Assembly: GCA_009779975.1 (NCBI GenBank)
Contig: WRAY01000012.1
Span: forward strand, 1 to 64,000
Length of the DNA: 64,000 nucleotides
Source: Bacillota bacterium
GTDB taxonomy: Bacteria > Bacillota > Clostridia > Christensenellales > Pumilibacteraceae
Direction: 5' to 3'
Below, piece by piece: positions 55,266 to 64,000 of the stretch. The first letter of the stretch is position 1, and every line of letters begins with the position of its first letter. Made by a program: the position numbers and the translations under genes. The notes beneath the pieces are model-generated. The model did not search any database and was not told the origin of the DNA. It saw nothing but the letters and a program-made list of their open reading frames with translations.

Positions 55266-56591
55266 ATGGATTTAACACCAAAACAAATAGTAGAAAAATT
55301 AGACAAACATATTATCGGTCAGCATGACGCAAAACGAGCGGTTGCAGTAGCACTTAGAAACCGCTATCGCCGCTCACTTCTTGACGAAGAAATGCGTGAT
55401 GAAGTAACTCCAAAAAACATCATCATGAAAGGTCCGACAGGGGTTGGAAAAACCGAGATTGCCCGCCGTCTTGCAAAGATAGTCAAGGCTCCTTTTATCA
55501 AAGTTGAGGCAACAAAGTTCACGGAAGTGGGCTATGTGGGCAGAGATGTTGAAAGTATGATCAGGGATTTGGCAGAAACGGCAATAAGACTTGTCAAAGA
55601 AGAAAAGTATGCCGAAGTTCAAGAAAAGGCACAGGCGGAAGCGGAAAGAAAAATTTCAAAAATACTTTTCGACATTCAAAAAGCCGACCCAAATAAAGAT
55701 ATTGTTGATGAGAGAACTCTCAGAGATACTATTTTGGAAGACTTGAAAAAGGGAAAATACAACGAAACAACTATCGAAATAGAAGTTGTTGAAGCCCCCA
55801 AAACAATGGAAATAATGCCTGGAATGGGAGCCGCTATTAATATCGGTGAAATGCTTGGCGGCATGGGAATGAGACAGCCGAAAAAGAAACGCAAAATGCG
55901 TGTGATTGACGCAATAAAAGCAGTTGTTGTCGAAGAGAGCGAAAAGTTTATAGACAAAGAAAGCATCAATGCTGAAGCGATTCACAGAGCCGAGCAGCAC
56001 GGTATAATTTTCATTGATGAGATTGACAAAATTGCATCATCAAGAAGCAGTTTCAAAGGCGGTCCCGATGTGTCAAGAGAAGGAGTTCAAAGAGACATTC
56101 TCCCGATAGTCGAAGGCTCAACAGTAATGACAAAATACGGTGCGATTAAAACCGACTACATTTTATTTATTGCATCGGGTGCATTTCACATAACGAGCGT
56201 TCAAGATTTAATCCCTGAGTTGCAAGGTCGTTTTCCTGTTTTGGTTGAATTGCAGTCACTTGGAAAAGAAGAATTTACTCAAATTTTAACCAACACCCAA
56301 AACTCAATAACAAAACAATACACCGCTCTTTTAGAAAAAGACAATGTCTTCATAACATTTTCTTCGGACGGCATTGAAAAAATTGCAGAAATTGCATTTA
56401 GTGAAAACGAAACAAAAGAAGACATCGGTGCAAGACGACTTCACACTCTAATGGAACGCCTGCTAGAAGACCTCTCGTTTAACGCAGGAGGCGACCATCC
56501 AAAACAAACAGTAAAAATAGACAAAAAATTCGTAGAAAAAGAGTTGTCAAAACAAGTGAAGAACCTGAATTTGAGAAAGTATATATTGTAG
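55266..56591 (+). CDS. hslU: ATP-dependent protease ATPase subunit HslU
   Basis: MDLTPKQIVEKLDKHIIGQHDAKRAVAVALRNRYRR... Walker A GPTGVGKTEIARRLA. GGAGAG RBS before ATG 55266. Confidence 0.9.
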   Translation: MDLTPKQIVEKLDKHIIGQHDAKRAVAVALRNRYRRSLLDEEMRDEVTPKNIIMKGPTGVGKTEIARRLAKIVKAPFIKVEATKFTEVGYVGRDVESMIRDLAETAIRLVKEEKYAEVQEKAQAEAERKISKILFDIQKADPNKDIVDERTLRDTILEDLKKGKYNETTIEIEVVEAPKTMEIMPGMGAAINIGEMLGGMGMRQPKKKRKMRVIDAIKAVVVEESEKFIDKESINAEAIHRAEQHGIIFIDEIDKIASSRSSFKGGPDVSREGVQRDILPIVEGSTVMTKYGAIKTDYILFIASGAFHITSVQDLIPELQGRFPVLVELQSLGKEEFTQILTNTQNSITKQYTALLEKDNVFITFSSDGIEKIAEIAFSENETKEDIGARRLHTLMERLLEDLSFNAGGDHPKQTVKIDKKFVEKELSKQVKNLNLRKYIL

Positions 56592-56592
56592 A

Positions 56593-56958
56593 ATGAATTT
56601 ACCAAAAAGAAAAATTAATCGCTTGACCGAATATGATTATTCACAAGAAGGAGCATACTTCATAACAATATGTGCTTTGAATAAATCGCACTTATTCGGA
56701 AACATTGTAGGGTCGTGCATCCCCGTCCGCCAGTTGATGGAAGAAGATCTAAGCAACGGGCGGCTGTGGACATCCGCCCCTACCATTAGTCAAATCGTGA
56801 GTTCCTTAAAATCCTTTGTTTCTAAGAAAGCAGGTTTTGATGTTTGGCAAAAATCATTTTATGACCACATTATCAGAAATCATGACGACTATGAGCATAT
56901 TTGGGAATACATCGACACTAATACCGATAAATGGCATGAAGACAAGTATTATTCATAA
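56593..56958 (+). pseudogene. RAYT/IS200-like Y1 transposase relic whose HuH core is replaced by two REP units
   Basis: The N-terminus YDYSQEGAYFITICALNKSHLFG and the C-terminus WQKSFYDHIIRNHDDYEHIWEYIDTNTDKWHEDKYY are RAYT-like. The middle (GSCIPVRQLMEEDLSNGRLWTSAPT) is encoded by REPs GTAGGGTCGTGCATCCCCGTCCGCCAG (56707-56733) and GGGCGGCTGTGGACATCCGCCCCTAC (56758-56783). No HuH motif remains. Confidence 0.55.
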
Positions 56959-57062
56959 AATTTGTAGGGGGCGAATGTCCTAAGCCGCCTGAAAAAATGC
57001 AAAAAAATCAATATAGGGGTGTGAAAAAGTTTAGCAGCAATTCTCAATTCAGCATTAAAAAA

Positions 57063-58271
57063 ATGATTAATATTCCAAAAGGGACAAAGGATTTACTTCC
57101 TCAAATTAGCCACAAGTGGCATGAAATTGAAGGCATTGCACGAGAGGTTGCAAGAGTTTTTAATTGCCATGAAATTAGAACACCTATTTTTGAGCATACT
57201 GAACTTTTCACTCGCTCTTTAGGTGATGAGGCGGAAGTTGTCTCAAAACAAATGTATTCGTTTTTGGACAAGGCTAACCGATCTTTAACATTAAAACCCG
57301 AGGGAACTGCACCGGTTGCAAGAAGTTTTGTTGAAAACAATCTTGAGCAATATGGCTTGCCTCAAAAAATGTATTATATCTCTCCGATATTCCGTTATGA
57401 AAATCCGCAAGCAGGACGGCTAAGACAACATCATCAATTCGGAATTGAGTTTTATGGTTCTTCTTCGCCCTATGCTGACGCGGAAGTAATACTGCTCGCC
57501 AAAACATTTCTCTCTAAGTGCGGAGTAACGGCAAATTTGACACTAAATAATATTGGCTGTGCTGAATGCCGAACAGAATACAACAACGCATTAAAAAAAC
57601 AACTTGAGAAACAAAAAGATTGCCTTTGCGGACTTTGTCAAAACCGCCTTAACAAAAACACTCTAAGAATACTCGATTGCAAATCACCGAATTGCAAAAA
57701 CATAATAAAAGATGCCCCGAAAATATCCAAGTTTGTTTGCGAGTGTTGCAAAGAGCATTTCAAAAAACTAACCGATATTTTGAAAAACGAAAAGATTAAT
57801 TTCACAATTGATGACAATGTTGTTCGAGGACTTGACTACTATTCAAAAACAGTTTTCGAGTTCGCAGGGAATGACGGAATGGCTATTTGCGGCGGCGGAC
57901 GATACGACGGAATGGTCGAGGAACTCGGCGGAAAACAAACGCCATGCGTAGGCTTTGGGGTTGGAATTGAACGCATACTATTAGCGGCAGAAAAAGAGGG
58001 AAGAGAGTTTGAACAAAAAACAGTTGACTACTATATTGCATCACTTTCACCCGAGCAACTTGATTATTGCTTTGATTTATCTCAAAAACTAAGAGCAAAA
58101 GGAATAAGTTGTGAAGTTGACCTAATGAATCGCTCCTTAAAATCTCAACTAAAATTTGCCGACAAAATAAAAGCAAAATACTCAATAGTTGTCGGAGAGG
58201 ATGAATTAAAATCAGGACAACTAAAACAAAAAGATATGAGAACGGGAGAGGTAACAGAATTTAAACTGTAG
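57063..58271 (+). CDS. hisS: histidine--tRNA ligase
   Basis: MINIPKGTKDLLP...RTPIFEHTELF...YYISPIFRYENPQAGRLRQHHQFGIE (motif 2) ...NTLRILDCK...GGGRYDGM (motif 3). The ORF is open from 56997, so the start is uncertain. Confidence 0.85.
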   Translation: MINIPKGTKDLLPQISHKWHEIEGIAREVARVFNCHEIRTPIFEHTELFTRSLGDEAEVVSKQMYSFLDKANRSLTLKPEGTAPVARSFVENNLEQYGLPQKMYYISPIFRYENPQAGRLRQHHQFGIEFYGSSSPYADAEVILLAKTFLSKCGVTANLTLNNIGCAECRTEYNNALKKQLEKQKDCLCGLCQNRLNKNTLRILDCKSPNCKNIIKDAPKISKFVCECCKEHFKKLTDILKNEKINFTIDDNVVRGLDYYSKTVFEFAGNDGMAICGGGRYDGMVEELGGKQTPCVGFGVGIERILLAAEKEGREFEQKTVDYYIASLSPEQLDYCFDLSQKLRAKGISCEVDLMNRSLKSQLKFADKIKAKYSIVVGEDELKSGQLKQKDMRTGEVTEFKL

Positions 58272-58350
58272 GGGCGGTATTCTGCCGCCCGCACCATATA
58301 AAAATTTATTATTGGACAACTCTCATTGGGCGGCAAAATGCCGCCCCTAC
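58268..58350. repeat. pair of REP-like palindromes (GTAGGGGCGGTATTCTGCCGCCCGCAC ... GGGCGGCAAAATGCCGCCCCTAC)
   Basis: Same family as 52245. The first unit overlaps the hisS stop. Confidence 0.7.
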
Positions 58351-58382
58351 AAATAAAAAACTATCTCTAACCCATAAATAAA

Positions 58383-58784
58383 ATGACAGAAACCTGTGTT
58401 GTCAAAAAAGTCAAAGGGAACTTTGCGTATATTGAAGTTAGAAAACATGAAGTGTGCAGTGAATGCCGCTCGTGCCTTTTTGGAACTGAAGAGACTCTCG
58501 TAATGCCCGCACTAATGGAGATATCATGCAAAGAGGGTGACATTGCAAGAGTTGAAATGCCTAAAAAGCAGTTCGTTGCAACTCCATTCATCTTTTTTGG
58601 ATTGCCTCTCTTTTTTTTCATGATAGGGCTTCTCCTCGGACGAGTCATTAGTTCATATGATTGGGTGATGATAGTGAGCGGTTTTGTCGGAGCAATTCTT
58701 GCTCTTGTTTTGGCATATTTTTTCGACAAGTCAATAAAAACCAACAAAAAATACATGCCGGTTATTACCGGAGTGTTTGATTAA
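58383..58784 (+). CDS. RseC/MucC-family membrane protein (SoxR-reducing system component-like)
   Basis: The N-terminal soluble domain has Cys motifs (CVVKKVKGNFAYIEV...CSECRSC). Two C-terminal TM helices. Confidence 0.55.
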   Translation: MTETCVVKKVKGNFAYIEVRKHEVCSECRSCLFGTEETLVMPALMEISCKEGDIARVEMPKKQFVATPFIFFGLPLFFFMIGLLLGRVISSYDWVMIVSGFVGAILALVLAYFFDKSIKTNKKYMPVITGVFD

Positions 58785-58870
58785 AATTACAAATTACAGT
58801 TTGCAAATTATAAATATTTATAAAATTAATTTGACCTTCTTTGTAAATTGTCCACTGTAATTTGTAATTT
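58785..58870. repeat. intercistronic hairpin element, family C
   Basis: AATTACAAATTACAGTTTGCAAATT ... CTTTGTAAATTGTCCACTGTAATTTGTAATTT between the rseC-like gene and glyA. It is the source of the spurious MSTVICNL start. Confidence 0.6.
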
Positions 58871-58883
58871 AACAAAAGGAGAA

Positions 58884-60125
58884 ATGATGGAACTAAATCT
58901 AATCAAAAAACATGACCCTGAACTTCACGCAAGTCTAATGCGTGAATTAGGACGCCAGCAAGGCAACCTTGAACTCATCGCCAGCGAGAACTTTGTGTCA
59001 GAGGCTGTGATGGCGGTTGCCGGAACACATCTTACCAACAAGTATGCCGAAGGCTATCCTGCAAAACGCTACTATGGCGGTTGTGAATTTGTTGACGAAG
59101 CGGAAAACCTTGCGATTGAAAGAGCAAAAAAACTCTTTAATTGTAACTATGCCAATGTTCAACCGCATTCGGGGGCTAGTGCAAACATGGGTGTGTTTTT
59201 GGCGCTCGTTAATCCCGGTGATACTGTTTTGGGAATGGACTTATCTCACGGCGGACATTTAACTCATGGTTGTCCTGTTAACTTCTCAGGACTTATCTAT
59301 AACGCTGTTCACTACGGAGTTGACCCTGAGACAGAGATGATCGATTATGATGAAGTTGAAAGAATTGCCATAGAAACAAAACCAAAAATGATAATTTGCG
59401 GAGCAAGCGCATATTCGAGAACAATAGATTTCAAAAGATTTCGTGAAATTGCCGACAAAGTCGGTGCATACCTTTTTGCTGATATTGCCCATATCGCAGG
59501 ACTTATTGCAACGGGACTGCATCCGTCATCAATTACATATGCCCATGCTTCAACCACAACGACCCACAAAACTCTTCGCGGACCAAGAGGCGGCATGATA
59601 ATGACAAATGACGAAGAAATTGCTAAAAAAATCAACAAAGCAATGTTTCCGGGGCTTCAAGGCGGACCTTTAATGCACATAATCGCAGCGAAAGCAACTG
59701 CATTCCTAGAGGCTCTTAAACCGGAGTTCAAAACTTATCAAGAACAAGTTTTGAAAAATGCCCAAGCACTAAGCAAGTCGTTAACTAAAGAGGGAATAAG
59801 ATTGGTTAGCGGCGGAACTGACAACCATCTTTTGCTCGTTGACTTGACTGAAAACGGCGTTACCGGAAAAGAAATTGAAAACCTTTTAGACGAGTGTCAT
59901 ATAACTGTCAACAAAAACACCGTCCCGAAAGAAATCCGCTCGCCATTCGTCACAAGCGGTATCCGTATCGGAACTCCGGCAATGACAACCAGAGGCATGA
60001 AAGAAAAAGAATTTGAAATAATCGGAAAATTAATCGCACGAGTAATTAAAGAAGGCGAGAGTGCGAAAGAAGATGTGAAAAAAGAAGTAGCGAAATTGAC
60101 GAAAGCATTTCCGCTAAAATATTAG
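58884..60125 (+). CDS. glyA: serine hydroxymethyltransferase
   Basis: [43 protein letters not shown]...HGGHLTHG...[14 protein letters not shown] (PLP lysine). Confidence 0.9.
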   Translation: MMELNLIKKHDPELHASLMRELGRQQGNLELIASENFVSEAVMAVAGTHLTNKYAEGYPAKRYYGGCEFVDEAENLAIERAKKLFNCNYANVQPHSGASANMGVFLALVNPGDTVLGMDLSHGGHLTHGCPVNFSGLIYNAVHYGVDPETEMIDYDEVERIAIETKPKMIICGASAYSRTIDFKRFREIADKVGAYLFADIAHIAGLIATGLHPSSITYAHASTTTTHKTLRGPRGGMIMTNDEEIAKKINKAMFPGLQGGPLMHIIAAKATAFLEALKPEFKTYQEQVLKNAQALSKSLTKEGIRLVSGGTDNHLLLVDLTENGVTGKEIENLLDECHITVNKNTVPKEIRSPFVTSGIRIGTPAMTTRGMKEKEFEIIGKLIARVIKEGESAKEDVKKEVAKLTKAFPLKY

Positions 60126-60255
60126 TTTAATAAGTTAAAAAGTCAAAAGTAAAAAGTGAAGTCGAATTATTTTTCAATGGCATTCTGCACAAAGTGAAGA
60201 ATCCGGTGATAGCACAAAACAACTCTATTAACACTTTTTATTTTAAATTTAAACG

Positions 60256-61473
60256 ATGAAAAGAAAAAACAACAAAATCTATATGGACTGTGCCGCAACC
60301 ACTCCGGTGTCAAAACAAGTTTTTGATGCAATGACTCCTTATTTTTGCGAAAACTTCGGCAATGCAAATTCTCTTCATTCATATGGAAGAGATGCCGCAG
60401 CGTCCCTTAACACTGCAAGAGAAAAAATCGCCTCACTGCTTGGGGCAAATTCTACTGAAGTCTACTTTACCAGTGGCGGTGTCGAATGTCTCAACTGGGC
60501 ATTAAAAGGCATTGCCCATGCAAAAAAAGACAAGGGAAAGCATATTATAACAAGTGCGTTTGAACACCACGCTCACATAAAAGCATGCAAAACACTTGAA
60601 GAAGAAGGCTTTGAGGTGACTTATTTACCGGTTTATGAAGACGGAGTTGTAAAATCAAGCGATGTTGAAAAAGCAATAACAGAGAAAACAATTCTCATTT
60701 CAATAATGCTTGCAAACAATGAAATCGGAACAATCCAACCTATTGAAGAGATTTCACAAATTGCAAAAAAACACAAAATTCCTCTTCACACTGACGCAGT
60801 TCAAGCAGTCGGAACTCTTGATATTAATGTCAAAAATTTGGGGGTTGATTTGATGAGCATCTCCGCTCATAAATTCTATGGACCAAAAGGTATTGGTGTT
60901 TTATTCATCAGAAACGGTCTGAAAATCAACAAACTAATCGAAGGCGGTTTTCAGGAGCGCTCCATGCGAGGCGGAACAAGCAATGTTGCCCATGCGGTCG
61001 GAATGGCAAAAGCGTTGGAAGATGCGATTGCCGGTCAAGAAAAAAATGTTGCCCACATCAAGAAACTTAGCAGCTATCTTAACAAAAGAATACTTGCCGA
61101 AATTCCACACACTACGCTTGTCGGACATAAGACCCGAAGAGTTCCTCAAATTAATAACTTTTGTTTTGACTTTATTGAAGCGGAAAGCATACTTTTTAGG
61201 CTTGACATGCAAGGGGTTTGTGCCTCATCCGGTTCAGCCTGTGCCTCAGGCTCATTAGAGCCTTCACATGTTCTCATGTCGCTTGGTATTCCAATCGAAC
61301 GCGCGCAAGGCTCAATGCGTTTTTCAATCAACAAAAATTTAAGCATGAAAGATATTGACCAAGCCGTTGAAATCATCAAAGAAGTGGTGGCGGATTTAAG
61401 AGAAATGTCACCATTGTATCCGAAAGATCAAACGCTGTTTAAAGAAATTAAAAGGAACGAAAAATCTGTGTAG
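60256..61473 (+). CDS. iscS: cysteine desulfurase (NifS/IscS family)
   Basis: IYMDCAATTPV...ITSAFEHHA...MSISAHKFYGPKGIGVLFIR (PLP Lys)...SSGSACASGSLEPSHVL (active Cys). Confidence 0.85.
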   Translation: MKRKNNKIYMDCAATTPVSKQVFDAMTPYFCENFGNANSLHSYGRDAAASLNTAREKIASLLGANSTEVYFTSGGVECLNWALKGIAHAKKDKGKHIITSAFEHHAHIKACKTLEEEGFEVTYLPVYEDGVVKSSDVEKAITEKTILISIMLANNEIGTIQPIEEISQIAKKHKIPLHTDAVQAVGTLDINVKNLGVDLMSISAHKFYGPKGIGVLFIRNGLKINKLIEGGFQERSMRGGTSNVAHAVGMAKALEDAIAGQEKNVAHIKKLSSYLNKRILAEIPHTTLVGHKTRRVPQINNFCFDFIEAESILFRLDMQGVCASSGSACASGSLEPSHVLMSLGIPIERAQGSMRFSINKNLSMKDIDQAVEIIKEVVADLREMSPLYPKDQTLFKEIKRNEKSV

Positions 61474-61480
61474 TGCAGAT

Positions 61481-61560
61481 AAATTACAAACTACAGTGAA
61501 TAAAGGACAAATAAGGTAAAATTAAATTTATCAACATTTGTCCACTGTAATTTGTAATTT
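61481..61560. repeat. intercistronic hairpin element, family C
   Basis: AAATTACAAACTACAGTGAATAAAGGACAAATAAGG ... AACATTTGTCCACTGTAATTTGTAATTT between iscS and iscU. Confidence 0.6.
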
Positions 61561-61567
61561 GATTATC

Positions 61568-61921
61568 ATGTATAACGAAAAAGTATTAAAAGAATTCATG
61601 AAACCTCAAAACATCGGTTCAATCGATAACGCAACGACTGTTGCTGAAGTCGGCTCTCCTCAATGCGGCGACATGACAAAATTATATCTCAAAATTGAAA
61701 ACAATATTATCACCGACGCAAAGTTCCAAACATTCGGCTGTGCGGCGGCAATCGCTACATCAAGCGTCGGAACAAGAATGCTCATTGGAAAATCAACAGA
61801 TGAGGCAAAAAAAATAACCAACAAAGATATTATCAATGAATTAGGAGGTCTTCCTCCTGCCAAAATTCACTGCTCCGTTATGTTTGAAGAAGTAATGCAA
61901 AAGGCATTGGAAAATTTCTAA
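61568..61921 (+). CDS. iscU: Fe-S cluster assembly scaffold protein (NifU/IscU-like)
   Basis: MYNEKVLKEFMKPQNIGSIDNATTVAEVGSPQCGDMTKLYLKIENNIITDAKFQTFGCAAAIATSS...KIHCSVM carries the three conserved Cys. Confidence 0.85.
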   Translation: MYNEKVLKEFMKPQNIGSIDNATTVAEVGSPQCGDMTKLYLKIENNIITDAKFQTFGCAAAIATSSVGTRMLIGKSTDEAKKITNKDIINELGGLPPAKIHCSVMFEEVMQKALENF

Positions 61922-62115
61922 ACAAATCAGCAATCATTTTTTGAAATATTTGGTAAAACTACCTAATTTATTTTGAAATATTTGGTAAATATTCTTGATT
62001 TTTTTGAATTATTGAGTGAAATAGTTGTGATAGATGTTTTTTTGTGATATACTACCCTTAAGTCAGTACTTATCTAAAAAGTGCCGTCAAATAAATTAAA
62101 GGAGACAGAAAAACA

Positions 62116-62565
62116 ATGAAACAAAAACAAGCAGGAAAAGGTAATATGATAGGTGCTCTAATATTAGGCATTATCGGTGGCGTCTTTATCCTAAGTTGGG
62201 GAGCGGGGTGTTTGAGTTTAGGAGCCGCTATGATTTCTGAATGGGGAGTGGGAGGCGATGGATTAGGATGGCTTTCAACTGCATTTACTGCTTTGGCTAT
62301 AGTAGGTATGGTTGCCGGTGTTTTCGCTATTATTGCTGGTGCTGTTGGAATGAAGGGACGCACTGCTGGTCCAGTTCTTATGCTTTTTGCGTGGCTTATG
62401 GCTATTGTTGGCAGCATTGGAATAAATCCTGGTGCTATGGTTGCGGCAGTGTTATTCTTTATTGCTATGATTTTAGGATTTGTTGGCGCAGGAAAAGCGA
62501 AAAGGCAAAGAAATAATCCAAGCAGCAATAATAATTTCAACAATTCTAATCAAGGTCAGTGGTAA
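62116..62565 (+). CDS. small hydrophobic membrane protein with N/S-rich C-tail
   Basis: RBS AAAGGAGACAG. Four predicted TM helices rich in G/A. Tail NNPSSNNNFNNSNQGQW. Confidence 0.6.
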   Translation: MKQKQAGKGNMIGALILGIIGGVFILSWGAGCLSLGAAMISEWGVGGDGLGWLSTAFTALAIVGMVAGVFAIIAGAVGMKGRTAGPVLMLFAWLMAIVGSIGINPGAMVAAVLFFIAMILGFVGAGKAKRQRNNPSSNNNFNNSNQGQW

Positions 62566-62780
62566 TTTGAAAAACTATATCAAATAAAAGAAAAGTAAAA
62601 TCTCTCTTTCTAAAGGGGGATTTTGTTTTTTTGTGATTAGCGGTTAATTTTTGGAATTGTTTGAAAAATTTCAGAAGTGCTAAAAACAACTGTAGGGGGC
62701 TAATCATCAAACACCATAAAAACGCTTGCTATTTCCCTCATTTTCATTTATACTATATCAATTAACAAGGAGAAATATTA

Positions 62781-63728
62781 ATGGCACCTGTCATACCAGG
62801 CATAGGAGTATCAACATTCGCAATTTTCACGGCACTCGGATTTGTGGCGTTTATTTTGATATTCGTTTTTGCTCTTGATAGACATCACAAAGTTTCAATT
62901 GATGAGTTATGCAAGGCAATCGTCATCGCCTTTGTTTCAATTGGAATAGGGGTGGGGAGTGCTGCGATGCTAGATGCAATAGTTCACTACATTCAAAGAA
63001 GACAAATCGCACTGGAACTTTCATTAATATATCCTTATCCGGAAGTTAATGTATCTTTCACAATGGCCGGTATATCATGGTATGGGATGTTAATCGGCGG
63101 ACTTTCATCATTTGCCGTTATTCACAAACTTTTTGCAAAAAAATTGAAACTAAAACTCGGCACAATGCAATACCTCAACCTCGTTGCACTCGGAATGTGT
63201 CTTGGACACGCTTTTGGAAGGATTGGTTGCTTTATGGGAGGGTGCTGTTATGGAGGGCCGACAGATAGTGTTTTTGGGGTGGTTTATCCCGACGGTGCGT
63301 TTATTTATAGGCAATGTATTCAATACGGCACAGACTATTGCCGTGGATGTCTTCCGGTTGGCACAGCGGTTTGGCCTGTTCAACTTTTTGAGACGGCAGG
63401 GCTGCTTTTAGTTTTCTGCTTTATGTTATTTGCTCCAAAGTTTGGATTGCTTCCTAAGAAATTGAAATCTTCAATCGCAAACAACAGAATTTTTATTTAC
63501 TTAATCGGCTATTCCATACTAAGATTTTTGCTGGAATTCCTAAGAGGTGATAACCGCGGCGGAATTCATGAATTAAGTCCCGGTCAATTCATTTCCATAA
63601 TAGTGTTCTCCATAACAATCAGTCTTTGGGTTTTGACATGGTTTTTAAGCAAAAGAAAAATAGTTCGAGCGGTTGAATTAAGAGGGCTGGCGGCAAGAGA
63701 AGGATTGATAAGGGATAGAAGTAAATGA
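62781..63728 (+). CDS. lgt: prolipoprotein diacylglyceryl transferase
   Basis: RBS AAGGAG. Polytopic, with the Lgt signature GHAFGRIGCFMGGCCYGGPT. Confidence 0.7.
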   Translation: MAPVIPGIGVSTFAIFTALGFVAFILIFVFALDRHHKVSIDELCKAIVIAFVSIGIGVGSAAMLDAIVHYIQRRQIALELSLIYPYPEVNVSFTMAGISWYGMLIGGLSSFAVIHKLFAKKLKLKLGTMQYLNLVALGMCLGHAFGRIGCFMGGCCYGGPTDSVFGVVYPDGAFIYRQCIQYGTDYCRGCLPVGTAVWPVQLFETAGLLLVFCFMLFAPKFGLLPKKLKSSIANNRIFIYLIGYSILRFLLEFLRGDNRGGIHELSPGQFISIIVFSITISLWVLTWFLSKRKIVRAVELRGLAAREGLIRDRSK

Positions 63729-64000
63729 TGAAAACTGAAGAAAAATTACAAATTCGTAAATATAATAGATTGTGTGGATATGACTATTCGCAAGATGGTA
63801 TATATTTTATAACAATATGCACTAAAGACAAAGAGTGCTTGTTGGGAGAAATTGAAATAACAGTAGGGGCGGCACCCTGCCGCCCGAACATCAAATTATC
63901 TAAAATAGGAAAAGTAATAGACAGAGAAATTGAAAGATTTGCTGAGCCATATGGGAGTGTTTTTGTTGATAAATATGCCTAACCACATTCATATGATAAT
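63725..64000 (+). pseudogene. RAYT/IS200-like Y1 transposase gene interrupted by a REP and a 5-bp deletion (runs off window end)
   Basis: KYNRLCGYDYSQDGIYFITICTKDKECLLGEIE, then the REP GTAGGGGCGGCACCCTGCCGCCCGAAC (63863-63889, encoding VGAAPCRPN), then KLSKIGKVIDREIERFAEPYGSVFVDKYA-stop. The HuH segment MPNHIHMII follows in the +1 frame. Relative to the 52440 copy, 5 nt (GTTAT) are missing. Confidence 0.55.

Noticed and set aside
61930-62060. Direct repeats TTTTGAAATATTTGGTAAA x2 upstream of the small membrane protein as a regulatory binding site
   Set aside because: Only two copies in an AT-rich intergenic region, with no flanking regulator. Noted but not called as a feature.

Overview
The window is low-GC, gene-dense chromosomal DNA with an rpmH-rnpA-yidD-yidC-jag cluster, a dprA-topA-trmFO-hslVU block, and a BclA-like collagen protein (which hints at a spore-former). 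Everything here is read by eye from motifs; no searches were run.

Layout, 5' to 3':
- A contig-end homopolymer artefact truncates an AraC-like gene (1-300).
- A same-strand carbohydrate-utilisation locus spans 444-15390. It has two paralogous secreted parallel beta-helix glycosidases, a giant TM-anchored surface protein, a CUT1 sugar ABC importer (binding protein plus 2 permeases) and a GH65 disaccharide phosphorylase, followed by a terminator and tRNA-Glu(UUC).
- A three-gene module follows: ECF sigma factor, a 101-aa lipoprotein with three CxVYNCxDCSF repeats, and an anti-sigma factor with an extracytoplasmic beta-propeller (15.8-18.9 kb).
- Then NfeD, flotillin and a cytoplasmic rhamnosidase-like protein; a divergent pair of small XRE repressors with operator repeats; a GC-rich structured element; and a collagen-like GXY-repeat protein.
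- Housekeeping genes fill the rest: rpmH, rnpA, yidD, yidC (with a large loop insertion), jag, an MBL-fold hydrolase, two CPBP proteases, a degenerate ilvD-like/leuB-like pair, a subtilase with LRRs, prfB, tsaD, comM, dprA, topA, trmFO, hslVU, hisS, glyA, iscSU and lgt.

The most unusual signal is a dense population of small repeats:
- A GC-rich REP-like palindrome (GTAGGGGCGGC-N-GCCGCCCGCAC) sits next to three decayed RAYT/IS200-like tyrosine-transposase genes, with REPs inserted into the RAYT genes themselves.
- REP-like and CACCAA-repeat DNA is inserted in-frame into trmFO, topA and a membrane protein, reminiscent of Rickettsia palindromic elements.
- Three further AT-rich families of intercistronic hairpin or MITE-like elements sit immediately after stop codons inside operons.

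The best candidates for an undescribed system are the sigma / Cys-repeat lipoprotein / beta-propeller anti-sigma module and the REP/RAYT elements invading coding sequence.
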